From Eledone cirrhosa (lineage: Eukaryota), in assembly GCA_964016885.1 (NCBI GenBank), contig OZ024742.1:295306001-295370000 (forward strand): 64,000 nt of DNA, written 5' to 3'. The notes beneath the pieces were generated by a model. It ran no database searches. It had not been told where the DNA came from and saw only the letters and a list, made by a program, of their open reading frames with translations. The stretch's first letter is position 1; each line of letters starts with the position of its first letter. Both the position numbers and the translations under genes were made by a program. Positions 26,797 through 40,744 of the stretch are shown here, piece by piece.

Positions 26797-28917
26797 TCAT
26801 CATCATCATCATCATTTTACGTCCGCTTTTCCCTGCTTGCAAGGGTGGGACGGCAACTGATTCTGGCTTGATTTCTACAGCTGGATGCCCTTCCTAACAC
26901 CAACCTCATTTACAGTGAGTGCTGGGTGCGTTTCTGACGTGGTGCCTACACGTCCACTTTACAGTGTGGGCTGGGTGCTTTTTTGCCATGGCACCTCCAC
27001 AACCACTTTGCAGTGGAATGATAGGGACTCCAGTCCTATCATCTCATTTCTACAGCTGGGTAAACTGGAGCAATGTGAAATAAAGTGTCTTGCTCAAAGA
27101 AACAACACATCACCTGGTCTGAGAATTGAACTCACATCCTTTCAATTGCAAGGCCAATGCTCTAAGTACTAAGCCATGTGCCTTCATATATATATATATA
27201 TATATATGAAAAGATTCCTGAATCTTTTTATATTACCCACTCTACTACCCCAAGTATTGAGTACTCTGGTGGGTTATGGTCTAGCTGGATTTTACCACAT
27301 CCTATCTGATATATATATCAGATAAGGTGTGGTAATATCCAGCTAGACCATAAGACTGGCTGAGGAGATGATGAAGGAATGTGACAAGTAGAGAGATGTC
27401 GGACTGAGAAGGACCCATCCAATCCATGCAAGTATGGAAAAGTGGATGTAAAAACGATGGTGATGGTGATACATATATTGTAATGTGTTGCATGTACTTG
27501 ATTAGCCAAGAGTAGATTACTCTCTAGAGGGGGACCCCCTTAGGCGTAGGGCCCAATTTGGTATATAAATTCTGCTCTACTTTTCCCAGTTGATATGCAA
27601 AGTAACAGTCCAGAGGCAGTAGCTTGGTAGAATAGTTAAAGAGAGGTTCTGCGTGTTCTGTGTTTAAATCCAACCTCTTGTTATCATAAAAGTGGTGATG
27701 GTTCTGCAAGGTATTGCAGTCAACAGACAATATCAATAATGGAAAGACCAAAGGAAAATTTGTTTTCTTAGTCTGATCTGTCAATTGGATTCTTCATTGA
27801 CTTCTCTCAGTCATTTGAGTATGGCTATGTTGGGGCACCACCTTGATTTAGTTGATCTTATCAAACTCAGTACATATTTTGTCAAGTCTGGTACTTATTT
27901 TATTGATTAATTTTTTTTATTGAACTGCTAATTTATGGGACATAGACACAGGTACAAAAGTAAACACAGACACAAATGGTGCACACAGACAGACACACAC
28001 ACATATACATATATCAACATCATTTAATGTCTGTTTTTCCTGATAGCAAGTGTTGGATGGATCATCACAGACCAAGTCAGTATTTAATGCCACTGAGCTG
28101 ACAGGTTTCTGCAGATTCAGCCTAACAAATTCCACTTACAAAGAATTGGTTAAGGCAATGTTATATTCTAGTCTGGTCTCTTCCCATCTTCATTAATTAG
28201 GGCCGGGGATCATGGGCAATCTATATGTCCATGATTCTCATTGGGGAAAAAAGTAACATTACTAGGTCCCGAATCTTTGTCTAACCATTACTCAGAAGTG
28301 GCTACTGAGCCACAGCTCATTTGCCTTCATCACAAGAATGAAGCTGTTGGCCACTCAAAAGATTGTCACTCAGGTAATGAAGGATTCTAATCTACTGAGG
28401 TTTTGAAATCAGAGTGATCCTTCTCATAGACACTATACCAACCAAGGCTAATGAGCTCTGTCTACTTGTATTTGATGAGTTTATTTTTCATTTTGCAGGG
28501 TGTCCAAAAATCAACCCTCTCACCAATCAAGCTTGGTGGGGTTGCCAGTTTAGTTGCCAATGACCCAATCATGTGATAGGTTGTACTGGGTTACATAATA
28601 CCTGTATTACTCAAGATCGACCAGACCATTAATGGTATAGTAGAAAACACATTTTTTTCTGTTGAACTCTTGATTTAAAAGTAGTTTGAAATAATAGAGA
28701 ATTATTTTAAAAGCTATTGTATATTCTACTTAATTTTGCACTAAATAATGTAATGTCTCACTAAATAAAAAAACCCAGGAGTTTTATTTTATTTTGAACA
28801 TAGTTTTTTGTTTAATAATTCCTGTAACTATGAATAATTGATGAGTAGATTAGATGTTTATTTTTGTAAAATACATCATAAATAATTTGAGTATTTAGAA
28901 TTAAGAATTATATATAT

Positions 28918-29220
28918 GAGGTGTTTTAGAAAAAAAAAACAGGACTGGGGTTGCAAAAAAATATTTCAAATTCAAACTACAAGTTTTCCTCTATGAAATA
29001 TTACCCTTGAGTCTAACACACTTTCCAATCCTTTGCCCACCACACCTCCATGCATTCCTGGAAGAATTCTCTTGGGATTCTCTGCAACTCTGATGTCCCG
29101 GACCTCTTGATGGCTCTGACATTTGGTCTCTGGGATCCCAGACTCATCACCAGCAAATCTGGTTCAGTTTCAAGTTGCTTAAGGATGTCCTCACGCACCT
29201 GCACGGGCCGCTCCTTCTGG
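28918..29220 (-). pseudogene. Internally deleted mariner transposase relic
   Basis: Peptide QVREDILKQLETEPDLL...ELQRIPREFFQECM...W resembles mariner segments; TA-TGAGG terminus at about 28916. Confidence 0.55.
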
Positions 29221-29701
29221 TCATCTTTCAGCAGCTATATTTTTTATCTGGTCTAGTCTTATTACCAGCTGCTTTTTGTGGTGCTGGTGGGGGTGGGGGG
29301 TCTACACTTTATATCAGCAGCTTTGGCTGTTACATCATCTACATCATCAACTTTCAGAGGCCTACATTTCACATTTGGCCTGGGTTTATTGTCAGCTTTC
29401 TGAGGCCTATATTTTACATCTGGCTTGGTCCTATTACTATTTTCTTTTGGTTGGGGAGAGTTGGGGTTGATGTCTACATTTTACATCTGCTTTGGGAGGC
29501 CTACATTCCTCTTTGGCCTGAGCCTCTTATCTTTTTTGTCTGAACCTGCTAATGCAAAACCACCTCATCACTCTCAGATGAAGTGAATGAGTTGGAAGCA
29601 TTAGTTCCTTCACTTCTTATGGCAATTAAACTTAGCAAACTTTCTACAAACTCTCCTGAGGTTAAAATTAAACCATATATAGTACAGAAGAAAAAGCTTA
29701 C

Positions 29702-29796
29702 CTCAATATTGAGAGTATATATTCTGTCTGCTGGGAACACAGTAGAAGCAGAAGCAGTTGTAATCATACCCTGTTCATTGATGGAAAATTTCTTGT
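29702..29796 (-). CDS. Cadherin gene, internal exon B (DKKFSINEQGMITT...YTLNIE)
   Basis: Acceptor tttccag, donor GAG|gtaagc; 95 nt, phase 1 to 0, joining exons A and C in frame. F-S-I-N-x-x-G-x-I cadherin motif. Confidence 0.88.
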
Positions 29797-32380
29797 CTGG
29801 AAAGATAAAGTGATTTATTTAAGTTTAAAATAATGAAAACATGAAAATTTAAAATAAATTAAATCATATTTTTGTTTTTTTATCAGAAGCACAAAAAAGG
29901 CTATTGGCATTATTGCATCCTTTAATTGATAAACATATGCAATAGTATAGAGCAGGGCAAAGTAGGCCCCAAAGACCCTCAATCTCCTTCAAAAACATTC
30001 TTTTAATAAATCATCATCATCATTTTATATCTGACTTTCCATGCTGAAATTATTATATGTTTTTATTTTGATATAAATAAATTCTTTCTGTAAAGCAATT
30101 TTTGTTTTATTTAACGCCCCCTTCTTTAGAGGGGGCTCTTCAGTAGAGTCAATAACAAACAACTTATCTAGTGCTAGTGCCATGATAAAATGAACCCACC
30201 CCATCCTGTAAAGTGGAAGCACTGGTGCAATGATAAAATGCACCCATCCCACCCTGTAGAGTGGTAGTGCTGGTGCCACAACGAAATGCACTCAGCCTGC
30301 TCATTAAAGTGGTTGTGCTAGTGCCATGACAAAATGTACACAGTCTACCCTGTAAATTAGTAACAAACAATAATGATGTTGATTTAAATAATTTTTAATA
30401 TGTAGGTTCAGTTTTTCTTGGTTAAAAAAAGCTGTCAATTTGACAGAGTTGTTAAAGTGTTGGATATTTATTCCCACGTTTGGAATTCAGAGTTTGAATC
30501 TCACTGAGGCCCACTTAGCCTTTCAACCTTTCAGGGTCAACAATGAAAGGACCAGCCCAGTGCTGGTGAAACCCTTTCTTCTTTCAGCTGTCACACTCTT
30601 GATGTTTTGTTAGATCAAGGAAAGGGATGTGAGAAAGTGTCTGTGTCTGTTTGTGATTGTATGGAACATCCCAAAAAACATTAGAAAAAGCATGATACAT
30701 ACTACTAAGTCATATTTGATTGTGAGTGGTAGTTGTATTGTTTTTTCTTAGTTAAATAACAAAATCCAGGAATTCTTTATTAACCACCCTTCCAATTCTT
30801 CATATATTAAAATCTTAGAAACATGGAAATTATTACTCAATTATTAGGAAGAGCATCCAGTAGTGGAAATCATGCCAAAGTTGTAAAATATGTAAGCAAG
30901 GTATGATCTCTAAATCCATCTGGGAGGATAGGAGCTCTGATTAAGTATTGATTTGATCTGGTAACAACCAAATCAACCCATGCCAGTATGGAAAAGCACA
31001 TGTCAAATGATGATGATGATGATGACGATAACAAAACTTAATGTGTCATAACAAATTTCATTTTAAAAAGTACATCACTAATATGAAAACTTTTGAAAGC
31101 TCTGCTTTAGACAAATGAAATACAAAGTTGTGCACCTTAAAAGACACTGCAATTTCCTTTTTATTTTAGAATACAAATCAAAAAGATGTCATCCTATCAA
31201 TCTGAAATTCCACTGCTATTACTATTTACCAAAGTTCAATAAATACTGACATTCAAAACTACATCCTTCTCCAGGAATTGGTTTACAAATTTTAGTTATT
31301 TTATGTTTTTACAGTAGTTACTTAACATTTTCCCTCCAAAATACAACTGATTCAGATTGACAACTACTGTTCCTGAATGTCACTGATGATGATTATTATG
31401 TCACTACTCAATCAGAGAACACTTGTGATATATTGTTGTTACATCAATGGTTTCTGGAGAGACATTCGAACATTCTGCTCATGGCATTGTAAACTGTCTT
31501 GGATAAACAGACAAACCTAATTAAGATAGGACAGTATGTAAATGTATGACACAAGCAAAAAAACTTCATTTCATGGAGTTGGCTGATAATAATATAAATA
31601 ATAATATTTTTGAATCAATAGTAACAATGGAGAATTTCAAATTGTATATAAAGTCATACACACATAAGAAAATTTAAGCATGGCATTAAAAAAATATCTT
31701 ATTGTCATCATCATCATTTAACAACCATTTTTGGATGCTGGCAAAGGTTGTTAAAAAAGACTAAATATAGCATCATCATCATCATCCATGATCATCGTTG
31801 GTAATGTCCACTTTCCCTGCTAGCAAGGATTGAACAGTTCTACATAGACCATGTCAGTACTGAAGTAGTGGCTACTGATCTCCCAAACAAGTCAGGGATC
31901 AGTTGTCTCGCTTTTGTATGGTCGTGCACAGGGAGGTTGTCATGTTTTTGACACAACTGGCATATATATATATATATATAAACATTCTGTAGACTTAAGA
32001 AGCAGTGGGAAAATTTGACATTTGAAATATAGTTGTCCTAACGCAGATTACTATAAGTAATAGTTGCAAAATTCAGGTAAAATACCCCTGTAGATGGAAA
32101 AAAGTGGACAAAGGTGCAGGGTTTTTTCCTCACAAGTGCCTGTGTCCACTTTTTTTAAAGCACTAAACTTCCCCTTTTGTTTTCATTGTTCAACATAATC
32201 ATTTTTCATCATCATTTCATTTTACGTCCACTTTTCCCTGCTTGCAAGGGTGGGACGGGAACTGATTCTGGCTTGTTTTCTACAGCTGGATGCCCTTCCA
32301 AACACCAACCTCATTTACAGTGAGTGCTGGGTGCTTTTTTGCCGTGGCACCTCCACGACCACTTTGCAGTGGAATGATAG

Positions 32381-32424
<44 letters not shown>

Positions 32425-32659
32425 TTTCTACGTCTGAATGTCTTTCTTAATGCTGATCACTTTACAGGATATACTGGGTGTGTTTTAGTGGCATCACCAC
32501 TACTACATTACAGAGTGTATTGGATGTATTTTTTTTTAGCGCCAGCACTACAACTTTACAGAAAGTAGTGGGTATATTTTATCATGGCATCAACACTAGA
32601 AGGGTTGTCACATGTTCATCCACATTGAAAGGTATTCTTAAACTCTATATTATTTTTGT

Positions 32660-33070
32660 TTGATCACTAACATTGTAGTCTCATGTTTCTTACCATGTTT
32701 ACTTTAAGTGTTGCAATGTTTGTACCAATGGATAGATATTTCATATTATGGCATATCACTATGATCCCATGTCACCTCCTTCATGAGATTCAATTTCTTG
32801 AGGTCATTCTTTACATCATCATCCCATGTCTGTCATGGTCTCACTCTCCCACAGGTTCCATGCTTTTCAAATGCTTGGCATTTATTTTATACAACTCTTA
32901 CATTCCTTATGCATCACATGCCCATACCAGCTCAATTGTTTCTTTTGTACACTACACACAATTCCTCTTGTGTTCAGGTTTTCTCTCAGCTCATTTGTAC
33001 TCTGTTATTCACATACACTAATATTACACATTCAGCACAGAATACCTGCTTCATTTTTTTTTAGCTGTCA
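32660..33070 (-). pseudogene. Degenerate RTE 3' fragment
   Basis: Decayed WYGHVMH...GRVRP remnants on the minus strand. Confidence 0.55.
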
Positions 33071-33336
33071 TACTTACTGTACTTTATTTAGATAGGTCTG
33101 TATCAGATACTGTTTGGAATCAGTATAACATACCAGTATATATTTTAAAACAACTACATTATAATATATATATATATATAGTTTACAAGAAATCGTAATT
33201 ATCAATTCTGATGAATCTAATCTTTTGTCCATATAATTAACTAACTAATAATTGATTATATGTCTGCTTAAGATGTGGAAGAAACATGTATTAATTAAAA
33301 TATAATATAATTAACAGTCTTTGGTCTTTTTCCAAT

Positions 33337-33384
<48 letters not shown>

Positions 33385-33386
<2 letters not shown>

Positions 33387-33775
33387 CAGGGAATGAAACG
33401 TGCAGTTACTGTAGGTTCACCCGAGTGAGCAAATCGTCCTTTTATTATTATTATAAGAGAGGCAAGCATGGCCCAAGTGAATGGGCCTGCTCTGAGTATG
33501 CGTCTGTAAATTGAAGGTAGAAAACTGGGAGAGGGCACTTGCCCTGGTGATCAGGATCACCGTCGCTTTTTTAACGGGCTTTCTCTACGAATGTCCCTTG
33601 GAAGTCTCCCCCCTACTGGGGAATTTTCCTTTGTTTCTTTTTGTCTTTTCTGTGTTTTTTTTACTTTACATGCAGAAATGCCCATTCATACCATCCTGTA
33701 ATGTCATGTGCTGTCCTTAATGTTATACTTTATGTCAACCTCCGTGGTTAATAAAGAAAACATTATTATTATTAT
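33385..33775 (+). mobile_element. 3' end of an unclassified non-LTR element
   Basis: GC-richer island ending AATAAAG...(ATT)n, bounded by (TA)n on the left. Confidence 0.4.
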
Positions 33776-33778
33776 ATA

Positions 33779-34338
33779 TATAAAGATAGACGGTAGTCAC
33801 GGAATAGGCAGACCTAGAAAAACCTGGGACGAGCTGATAAACTCCGACATCACACACTTACACCTCTCCAAGACAATGTCACTGGACCGAGACCTTTGGC
33901 GGTACTCAGTAACAGAGAAGACCCGCCTTACCTAAATATATAGTAAAACCTACTCCAGCCAGTAGGCATCTCTAACAAAATACACCCCGTCCCACCACCA
34001 CCACCCCCACCCGATCCACACCACCCCGTTCTATGTAAAGTTATGTTGGTGCCGCGCCATCGAGGCCGAAACAAATGAGATCGTGTAGGTGTCACGACAA
34101 AAAAACACACAGTCCACGCTGTAATGTGGCCGTGTAGGCAACACGGTAAAAACCTCCCAGACCCACACTGTAAATGTGGTTGGTGTTAGGAAGGGCATCC
34201 AACTGTAGAAAACCTGCCAGACAGTCCTATGCGAGCAAGACAATCACTCTTGCCTCAAGTGGGACTACCCCCGTCCAAACCCATGCAAGCGTGGAACACG
34301 GACGTTAAACGATGATGATGATGATGATGATGATGATA
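33779..34338 (+). mobile_element. RTE LINE 3' fragment
   Basis: IKIDGSHGIGRPRKTW...KTRLT stop, 3' UTR and (GAT)n; nearly identical to the 14988 copy. Confidence 0.92.
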
Positions 34339-34339
34339 A

Positions 34340-37028
34340 CGGCGATGAATTATTTTTGCGACGTTTGGTTAACCTCAAGGCTTGGTTAGCCTCAAGCAGT
34401 GCACAAGAGATGGTGAGGTAGTATGTCTACCCACGGATAAGTCTGGTAGGATGTCAATAGACAGCATGCCGAACTACATCAAGGCTATGCAACCCCACAT
34501 CACCAACACAAGCGGAATTGCACAGCAAATACATGATGGGAGAGAGAAAATCCTCAACGCTCACATGATGATGTGGACCGACATCCTAAAGCCAAGCAGA
34601 TGCACTGCCAACAACTTCCAGGTGTCTAACAATGGCATACCACCCTTGTATGGGCTCCGCAAAGACCACAAGACAGTCGACGACCCGACAACAGGACCAC
34701 TAACAAGACCCGTATGTGGAGCAAATATAGCTAGCAACTACAGGATTGCCTACTTCCTCTCAATGGTTATACACCCCATAATCAAGATGTCCCCAGATGT
34801 ATGTGACAGTACAGAGGACCTCAGCAGAATCAGTGAGTGCAACAAAAAGAGGAACCTATCCAACTGCATAATAGGCAGCATGGATGTGGTGTCACTGTAC
34901 CCATCCATTAACATTGATTTTGCTGTGGAAAAATGTGTGGAGATGATCATTGAGAGTGAGGTGGAGTTCTGCGACGTCGACACAGACGAACTGGGCCTCC
35001 TACTTAGACTTACCTACGACACTGACTACCTAGACAGCCATGACCTTAGACGTTTCTACCCCAGTAGAGCCATAAGAGGTAGACCCCCCACCATAACCTC
35101 AATGGCAAAAAAGACTCCCATGGGAAGGTGGATTGGGTGGACCAAAGCTATACGGACCCTCCAAAACAATGATCAGGTAAGAAAAATGGTTGCACATGCA
35201 ATAGGGGCTAGTATCAAAACTACCCTAAAGGGGCACATATTCAAATTCAACAAGAAGATCTACACCCAAAATGAGGGAACAGCCATTGGCGTCAGCATAG
35301 CTGGTGATGTTGCCAACCTATTTATGGGATGGTGGGAAAGGAGACTCAAAGATCTCCTTGATGAGAGCTTCATAGACCTCATCATGTACTCTCGTTACGT
35401 AGACGACATCAATATAGTAATAAGGACATCCCCACAAGAGAGCACTAACAAGTTTGATTTAGAACGTAGCACAATGGAAAGCATCCAGCAGATAGCTAAT
35501 TCCATACACCAGAGTATAACTGTAACTATCGACTACCCTTCCAAACACCCTAACAATAGACTACCTGTATTAGACACGGAACTCTGGATTAACACTATAG
35601 ACGAGAGAGCCCAAATTTTCCACTCACACTATGCTAAACCCATGGCCTCCAAATACCTGATACTCAAAAACTCAGCAATGTCAAGTAGTGCTAAGTTTAA
35701 TATTCTGATCGCAGACTTGGTATGAGTGATGAAGAATGTGTCCCGCATGTGCGACCCAACAGAAATGGAAAGACACATCCAACACTTCATCAACCACATG
35801 CAGTTCTCTGGCTACAACCAAAGAGACAGAATCAGAGTATACGAAGGAGTCATGGAGAAGTATAAGACCATCATAGAACTGGACATGAAAGGAATTTTTC
35901 CATTATACAGGAACAAATCATGGAATAGCTTATATAGGACTAGACATAAGATAGGGAAAGCCACCTCATGGTATGACAACCAGAGATACCAGAGTGTCAT
36001 GTTTGTGGGAAATTAGCTAACCAGTGTAGAAAGGCCCTGAGAAAGACCCACTTAAAGATTAAGGTGGTAGAAAAGCGAGGAACCACCATAAAATCCCTGA
36101 TCAGCAAAACCTACCCTTTTAAGAAAACCCACTGTACTAATAGGAAATGTATCATATGTAAAGTAAACCCCTGGATAAACTGTAAAACTAGAAACGTAGT
36201 CTATAGCATAAGATGTACAGAGGGTACTTGCAGAAACATGACAGCAACATACATAGGCGAGACAGCTAGTAGCATAGGTGAATGGATAGACCAACACTGG
36301 GGGGAACTAAAAGGACGAAAAAACGGTTCAGTATTATACGAACATGCCAGACAACAACACAACGGTAACATAGACAACATAGAAATTAGAATAATATCTA
36401 AACATAGAAATAACCCAGCAGATAAGCAAATCAGAGAGGCCAACGAAATAGAACTTAGAAGGCCAAGGCTAAACAGAAAAAATGAATGGAATAACAACAA
36501 CACCCAAACAAACAACACTGACCTAAGAGAAGTATAAATAAATTAATAAATAAATAAATACATACACAAGCACAATAACAACAAACACATAAACACATAC
36601 TAATAAACTAAGATAGAATACAATAACCAATACACAGTCACCCAAACACGAACACACATCAAACAAAACACTATACACACACGCAAACGCATGCGCAGAG
36701 AAGACAAAAAAATAAACAAATAAATAAACAAATAAACAGATTAAATAAAGATGGCGTAAGCATACAATACAATGGCAGGAAACATAATAGCACCACTGAC
36801 GATGTTGCAGATGTGCAACGAAAGAACTTTGTTAGACTATATATATGTGTTTGTGTCTATATTGTATCTGTATTTTTGACCGTTGATCAGTCAATGGTAA
36901 CATTGAGGACTGAATAAATTAAATTAACTGATATAAAAGACACAGAAGCGAAAACCAACCAAACAGTGAGTGTGTTCTGTTAATAATTCAGGCAATATTA
37001 TTACACAAATATGACGCTCCCCAAGTAT

Positions 37029-37032
<4 letters not shown>
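34340..37032 (+). mobile_element. Penelope-like element A, 5'-truncated and disrupted (RT + GIY-YIG)
   Basis: PTDKSG, DVVSLYPSI, RYVDD and LPVLD RT motifs; Cys linker and VVYSIRC...YIGET GIY-YIG. Stops at 35723 and 36014 plus a frameshift; hammerhead-like motif in the 3' UTR. Confidence 0.92.
36792..36835 (+). ncRNA. Degenerate hammerhead motif in PLE A 3' terminal region
   Basis: acca CTGACGA t gttgca gatg tgcaac GAAA gaactttgtt; stem II is perfect, stems I and III are imperfect. Confidence 0.5.
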
Positions 37033-37078
<46 letters not shown>

Positions 37079-37985
37079 CAAATATTTGAAAATGTATTAC
37101 AGAAGAATAAAACTGTTCAACTTTAGATGAATGAAGCATGATTATGATTGTAACTTAAATTTTTTAAATTAAATTTTAAATTCCAACTGAGTTATTGTAT
37201 GGTGATGGCTAAAGTTTTCTTCAAGTCCATTGAGAAGTTACAGAAAACTTTCAAAGGTCAATATATATTGTTTAGCCCCAGGTCAATTCTGATTGAACAG
37301 ACCTATGACTTATGGCATTCTATATTGATTTATCAGATATTCTGTATTGATCTTTCAGATTTGAAAGTTTTCTGTAGTTCTTCAACAGTGTTGAAGAAAA
37401 CTAAGCCATCATCATATACTAAATACTCTCTCTAAGATATAAAATAAAGTTTAGTTGAAATATAAATATAGTTAAAAAATATGGAAGTTACGGTTTGCTT
37501 TATACATGAAGTGTTTGCAGTACGGAGACCAGAAATACCTCTGATCAGGGTAGTATGTTTAGGTACAGGGTTGGTATAGAAATCAGTAAAATCCTAATGG
37601 CTATATCTATATATGTGTATATATAACGAAGGAAATGTGGTAAGGAACCAGGTGGACCATAACGCACCAAAGTACTCCAGAATTAGCCGTCAAAACGGCT
37701 TGAGCTCAGCCGTCGGGGTCTTACTGGTTCCTATGTGTATATATATATATATGTAGGCTGACTAAACACACAAATGCTTTCCCTAAAAAACAAAAAAATA
37801 AAAATAAATTTTTTGTTTCTTTAATTTCTTACTCTTGTCCATCTTTATATTTTTTCTTTTATTTCTCATTGTATCTTCTGCGGAAGAACTAAAGTCTGAA
37901 ACATTTAGAGTCTTTTCACACTGTATCAAGATATATATATTCAATTTACTGTATCATTTCCCTGTTTCTTTCTTTGCTTACATTT

Positions 37986-38032
<47 letters not shown>

Positions 38033-38231
38033 AGAAATACATACACACTCATACACACACATATATATATATATTGGTATTCAAAAACATCACAGAAACC
38101 ATATCTTTATTTTACAGACAATCCTCACCATTCTAGTTATAATGGATGGAAGGAGTTGGTACATTGCTGCACCCACACAACCTTGGTGGGTCAAGGGAAA
38201 TGTGAAGAGTTGTAAAGTAAAATTTACTTAC

Positions 38232-38412
38232 CATCGTTGCCACCATAAATCCTGTACATGTGTATATGACCATTGGGACCAACATCTTGATCAAAAGCAC
38301 TGACTTGTCCCACAAAGCTGCCAGCAGTTACATTCCGACGGGTAATGAACAGGTAGTTGTCTTGAGTGAATACAGGGGCATAACGATTGATTCTTTTAAT
38401 ACTCAAGGTCAG
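38232..38412 (-). CDS. Cadherin-repeat gene, internal exon A (LTLSIKRINRYAPVFTQ...DQDVGPNG...GGNDG)
   Basis: Cadherin motifs N-x-x-A-P-V-F and A-x-D-x-D-x-G-x-N-G. Acceptor ttttag, donor G|gtaagt; 181 nt, phase 0 to 1. Confidence 0.9.
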
Positions 38413-40653
38413 CTAAAAACAAAATAATAATAATATAAAAAATAAATGAACAACCAAAATATTTAAATACAGAGTTATAAAACTGAAAATGTCCGATGCC
38501 TTTTGGTACCAAACCACATGAAACTATTCTGGTTCTATGATACAAAACTGTTTATTTAAAAGTTTTTATATTCATCTAAAACCTGCCATCCTCAAGGAGT
38601 ACCATTCTGAATGCACTCTTGGTCTGTTTCGATGAGTAGTTCCATCCTCATTCCAGACCAGTTTTTTTCTTTTTATTTTGAAGAGATCCAGTATGGTTGT
38701 TTCGTCCTCTACGTCTGTGAGGACAGCTTTTACCAGCCAAAGAATGGCTATTACAGATGGAATCTGGGTCACCCTGACCTTCACCAATCTTTGACCACAA
38801 TAGACAGCACCAGAATGAAATTATCATGCCTCACTGGTGCTAGTGAGTGGGATTCAGCCTTCTGTGTGGTGGCAAACATCACTTACTGTTCCAAATCTTT
38901 TGCCTTGGGTTATGTGGGTTTTGAATCGCAATACACATCCCAAGACGTTTTGGATTTGAGCCTTGGTAGCTCGAGCCCCTTGGTATGACTTCACCCCAAC
39001 TATATAGTATGTCACCATACAGGAAAGTGTGCTTTCCATCATGCCAGACAGAGGTTTGTGACTCACTCAGTGATCTTTCTTTTCTACTATCTGCTTTTAC
39101 TCCCTCCTTCTTTGCTGAGATATATTTTTGTAAAATATTTTATCATGCCCACGAAGGAAGTGAATAGCTGGGTGGAAATTTTTCCCATGTTTTGGCAGTG
39201 GCTTCAGTTGATTTTGAAACCATGTCATTGTTTGTGGAACAAATGGATTGTTGACTGGCTGGTTGATCAGCTGGCAGGGGGGTGGGGGTGTTAATTTAGT
39301 GGTTGTTTGGTTAGGGGGAGGGTATGCTGGTTGACAGTTTAACTTCTGTCTGTTCCATTGTTTTTGTTGTTGATGGTGGGAGCTTCGTTGGAGTGTGTGT
39401 GATGGTTTGAGGCTTGCTTTGCTTGTGTGAAATATGAGCGAAAGTATTACTTTGGCTGCTTAACTTTGCAGATAGCTGGTTGTTCTGTAGATGAAAATTG
39501 TTTTTCCAAATGCTTTTAAACCAAAGTGGGGAGGTCAGGTTGTATTTTTAGATTAGATGCACATTTAGCCATTAAGGGCTGGAAATAGAGGAAAATCAAC
39601 TGGTTTTCTAGGGAACGCGGTTAGTTTATCTATGAAATAATACAAAAGTTAAAAAAAAAAAAAAACGTTATAAAATTAAAAAAACCACAAACAGAGCAGA
39701 TAAACATGTTGTGACCAATTTTAAAACCAATATGATGGTGATGATGACAATAACAATAATTGTTTCTACTTTAGGCACAAGGCCAGCAATTTCGAGAGAG
39801 GGGAAAGTTGATTAAATTGACCCCAGTCCCTTACTGGTGCTTTATTTTATCGACTCTGTAAGTATGAAAGGCAAAGCTAACCTTCCTTGGTGGGATTTGA
39901 ACTCAGAACGTAAAGGGACGTACAAATAATAATAATAATAAGCATTTCTTTTATTAGCCAGAAGGGATTAAAACACAAGGATGAGGAGGATATTGATGAT
40001 AGCAATATTAATATTAAAAATAACGACAACAATTTATTTTATTGACTACAAGAGTGCAAGACATCGGTGGAGGGGGGGGGGGGATACAAAGATACAAAAC
40101 AATAAATAACATAATTAATAACAGTTATACTCCTCCTCCTCCTTCTACTACTACTACTACTACTACTACTACTAATAATAATAATAATAATATTGATAAT
40201 AACAAGAATAATGATGACAATAATGATGAGTAAAATAATAATTTAAAAGAAAGCCCACGCAGCATTGTGTGTTTGTCAGATAGCTATCAATGGGATTTTT
40301 AAATTTTTCATTATGAATTGGAAAGTTTGATGAGTTTAAGATTTTTGATAAGAATAATTTTTCAAATGAATCTTTAATTATCTCTGGTTACTGACAAACC
40401 TCACAATGAATGAGTAGATAGGTAGTTGACAAGACCTAGGTTTCAATTCCAATATCTATTGAAATTAAAGTAGCTCTTCATAAGAGCAAACAAGTTGTCT
40501 TAAAAACTAAAGGTAGTTTTAAAAGAAATTTCTGAAATATTAATTGAACATATCAATAAATATGAAGCCTGAAAATGACAGGTATTGTGTTCTTTAAAGG
40601 TTCCAGAACAATGTAAATTGTGTTATATAAAGGTTCTCCAAACAAGCTTATAC

Positions 40654-40687
<34 letters not shown>

Positions 40688-40744
40688 ACATATATATATA
40701 TAATATATATATAATATATATATATATATAATATATATATATAC

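Noticed and set aside
35723-35725. In-frame TGA in PLE A as selenocysteine (as in Naiad PLEs)
   Set aside because: Context DLV*VMKN fits an Arg-to-stop mutation. The element has a C-terminal GIY-YIG and further lesions, and no SECIS was recognised.
37868-37912. Possible hammerheads here and at about 38620-38720 (minus)
   Set aside because: Cores are too degenerate (no intact CTGANGA) to support a call.
38413-40620. Additional upstream cadherin exon
   Set aside because: Candidate acceptors near 39630 and 40579 lead to frames with stops and no cadherin motifs.
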